DNA from: Ginglymostoma cirratum
Lineage: Eukaryota
Length of the DNA stretch: 64,000 nt
Assembly: GCA_024137785.1 (NCBI GenBank)
Contig: JAHRHZ010000235.1
Coordinates: 62,001-126,000, forward strand
Direction of reading: 5' to 3'
The number at the start of each line of letters is the position of its first letter. The stretch's first letter is position 1. Below are positions 61,701 to 64,000 of the stretch, piece after piece. The notes beneath the pieces were generated by a model, which worked only from the letters and a program-made list of their open reading frames with translations, was not told where the DNA came from and ran no database searches. The position numbers and the translations under genes were made by a program.

Positions 61701-62440
61701 TTTTGCCCCTCACTTCTGATTATGCACAGCAACATCACAGAGAACTTCTATAATGAGCAGAGAATCAGATTTTTAGGGATGTTGATTCACAAATAAATAT
61801 TGACCTGGACACCAGGGAGACCTGTCCTACTCCTCTAATAGTGCCACGGCCCCTGAGAGGGCAGACATCATATCATGCCAACTGAAAGGCAGTCCCCCTG
61901 ACAGTACAGCATCCCCTCAGCACTGACCCTCCGACAGTGTGGGACTCCCTCAGTACTGACCCCCCAACAGTGCGGCACTCCCTCAGCACTGACCCTCCCA
62001 CAACACAGCACACACTCATCACTGACCCTCTGACAGTGTGGCACTCCCTCAGTACCGACCCTCTGACAGTGCGGCACTCCCTCAGCACTGACCCTCCCAC
62101 AGCACAGCACACACTCATTGCTGACCCTCCGCCAGTGTGGCACTCCCTCAGTACCGACCCTTCGATAGTGCGGCCTTCCCTCAGTACTGAGCCACTGACA
62201 GTGCGGCATGCCCTCAGTACTGACATTCTGAAAATGTAGCACTCCCTAAGTACTAACCCTCTGACAGTGAGGCACTCCCTCAGTACTGATCTTGCAACAG
62301 TGCGACACTCTCTCAGACTGACCCTCCGACTTTGCAGAACTCCCTCAGCACTGACCCTCCCACAACACAGCACACACTCATCACTGACCCTCTGACAGTG
62401 CAGCACTCCCTCAGTACAGCTTTGCACTGTCAATCTGGAG
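61655..62440 (-). mobile_element. Deu-domain SINE containing an expanded about 30-bp minisatellite (61898-62418)
   Basis: Flanks resemble the recalled reverse complement of the Deu domain (GATGTTG...TAAATATTG...GACACCAGGGAGA...ATAGTGCCA...CTGAGAGGGCAGAC). The internal GACAGTGCAGCACTCCCTCAGTACTG motif is tandemly amplified about 17 times. Confidence 0.7.
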
Positions 62441-62555
62441 TAGAATTTTCAGATCACAGAATGAGCGAGTCACGATAATGTGGAAGCCAGCTATTCGATC
62501 CATCAAGTTCAGACGAACCGTCCAAAGAGCATCCCACTCAGATCCACCTCCTTTC

Positions 62556-63130
62556 GAACATAGAACATAGAACATAGAACAATACAGCGCAGAACAGGCC
62601 CTTCGGCCCTCGATGTTGCACCGACCTGTGAACTAATCTAAGCCCATCCCCTACACTATCCCATCATCATCCATATGCTTATCCAAGGACTGTTTAAATG
62701 CCCCTAATGTGGCTGAGTTAACTACATTGGCAGGCAGGGCATTCCACACCCTTACCACTCTCTGAGTAAAGAACCTGCCTCTGACATCTGTCTTAAATCT
62801 ATCACCCCTCAATTTGCAGCTATGCCCCCTCGTACTAGCCGACGTCATCATCCTGGGAAAAAGACTCTCACTGTCCACCCTATCTAATCCTCTGATCATT
62901 TTGTAGGTCTCTATTAAATCCCCTCTTAGCCTTCTTCTCTCCAATCAGAACAGACCCAAGTCCCTCAGTCTTTCCTCATAAGACCTTCGCTCCAGACCAG
63001 GCAACATTCTGGTAAATCTCCTCTGCACCTTTTCCAATGCTTCCACATCCCTCCTGTAATGGGGCGACCAGAACTGTACACAATATTCCAAGTGAGGCCG
63101 CGCTAGCGTTTTGTACAGTTGCAGCATGAT
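62556..63130 (-). mobile_element. Young CR1/HER1 LINE 3' end
   Basis: Nearly intact ORF2 C-terminus (ORFs 62945-63127 and 62651-62944) and an (AACATAG)n tail at 62557-62580. Confidence 0.92.
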
Positions 63131-64000
63131 TAAAAATATATCGCTCTCACCCTTGAATATACTTAATCATTCAGACCTGACAACGCCCAGCTGGAGGGAA
63201 TTCCAATTATTCACACCACCCGAGAGAAGAAATCTTTCTTCACCTGTCTTAAATGTGCGTCCCCTTTCTGATATTAGGCACTCTGGTTTAAGACTTTCCT
63301 TGACGTCAACTAACTTTTCTGCATCCAAGAAACCTGTCTGCTTCAATAAGGAGAAAGTATTTTTATGGTACAATGTTTAAACACACGAAGTCAATGCATT
63401 TCAGCGTTTCCTCCCATTTGTTTTAATCTCTGATATGAAACTTCCAATGCGTCTGACAGAGCTGCTTCCTTTACTGATTTTAACGTCAAGAATTCATGTT
63501 CATTTTAAGAGCTTGGATGGGGACAATAAATTCTCATTCCTGGCCGGCAATCAAACCGGGAAAACAATAGTTACAGTTCTGAACCCCAATAATGTAGGCA
63601 ATGTTTGCAACTTTCCTTCTTGCCACTGCTTTTGTCCTTTTCTTCTCTGACAAATTGATAGTGAACTTTTAAGAGCATGGAGAGAGACCATTCCGTCCAT
63701 TATATCAGTGCCACTCATCGAACAGCTCATTTCTAAAGACAGTTTCCAGCGCTTCCCCATTATCTTGTTTGCTCTGAAATTTCAAATGTTCACCTAAATA
63801 GTTATTCAATGTCTTGAGGGCTTCAGTGGAACACAGCCAATTCCTTCAACCAATGATAAGAGACATTGCTGTTGCTGGAACATGAAATCTGCATTTTCCT
63901 CTTTGAAACAGTCAAGAAAGCCAAGCTCCTTCTCGGAGCTGTTTATCAGTTTTCCTCATAAAGCCAACAATGTGAATTTAGGTCCCACACCATCTGAGGT

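Noticed and set aside
61898-62418. Regular 30-bp repeats superficially like a CRISPR array
   Set aside because: There are no unique spacers and no cas genes, and the context is vertebrate. It is a head-to-tail minisatellite.
57930-64000. J or V segment for cluster 2
   Set aside because: No FGxG-encoding segment with an RSS was found on the minus strand. It presumably lies beyond the window, since the cluster-1 intron is 7.9 kb.

Overview
Repeat-rich vertebrate genomic DNA from a cartilaginous fish. The Ig sequences closely match what I recall of nurse-shark NS4 (kappa-type, type III) light chains, so an orectolobiform shark is likely (inference). The window holds parts of two immunoglobulin light-chain clusters in convergent, tail-to-tail orientation. 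Cluster 1 (+) is a complete, unrearranged L-V-12RSS / 23RSS-J / C cluster at 6313-15462. It is a pseudogene: four in-frame TGA stops, non-consensus octamer and RSSs, a mutated poly(A) signal, and a decayed endogenous retrovirus just downstream. Cluster 2 (-) is represented by an open C exon (57589-57926) with intact AATAAA and a stop-codon read-through extension (WCV); its J and V are not in the window. Comparing the two clusters shows two shared non-coding blocks, one in the J-C intron and one 3' of C, which are candidate enhancers. A third, gene-less copy of the cluster-1 upstream flank lies at about 31-33.5 kb. The rest is CR1-clade LINE fragments, HE1-type V-SINEs, a Deu-domain SINE, Penelope-like elements carrying minimal hammerhead-ribozyme motifs, several minisatellites, a 7.5-kb complex satellite and one 400-N gap. 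Most ORFs in the supplied track are spurious or transposon-derived. Repeat boundaries are approximate because they were read by eye.
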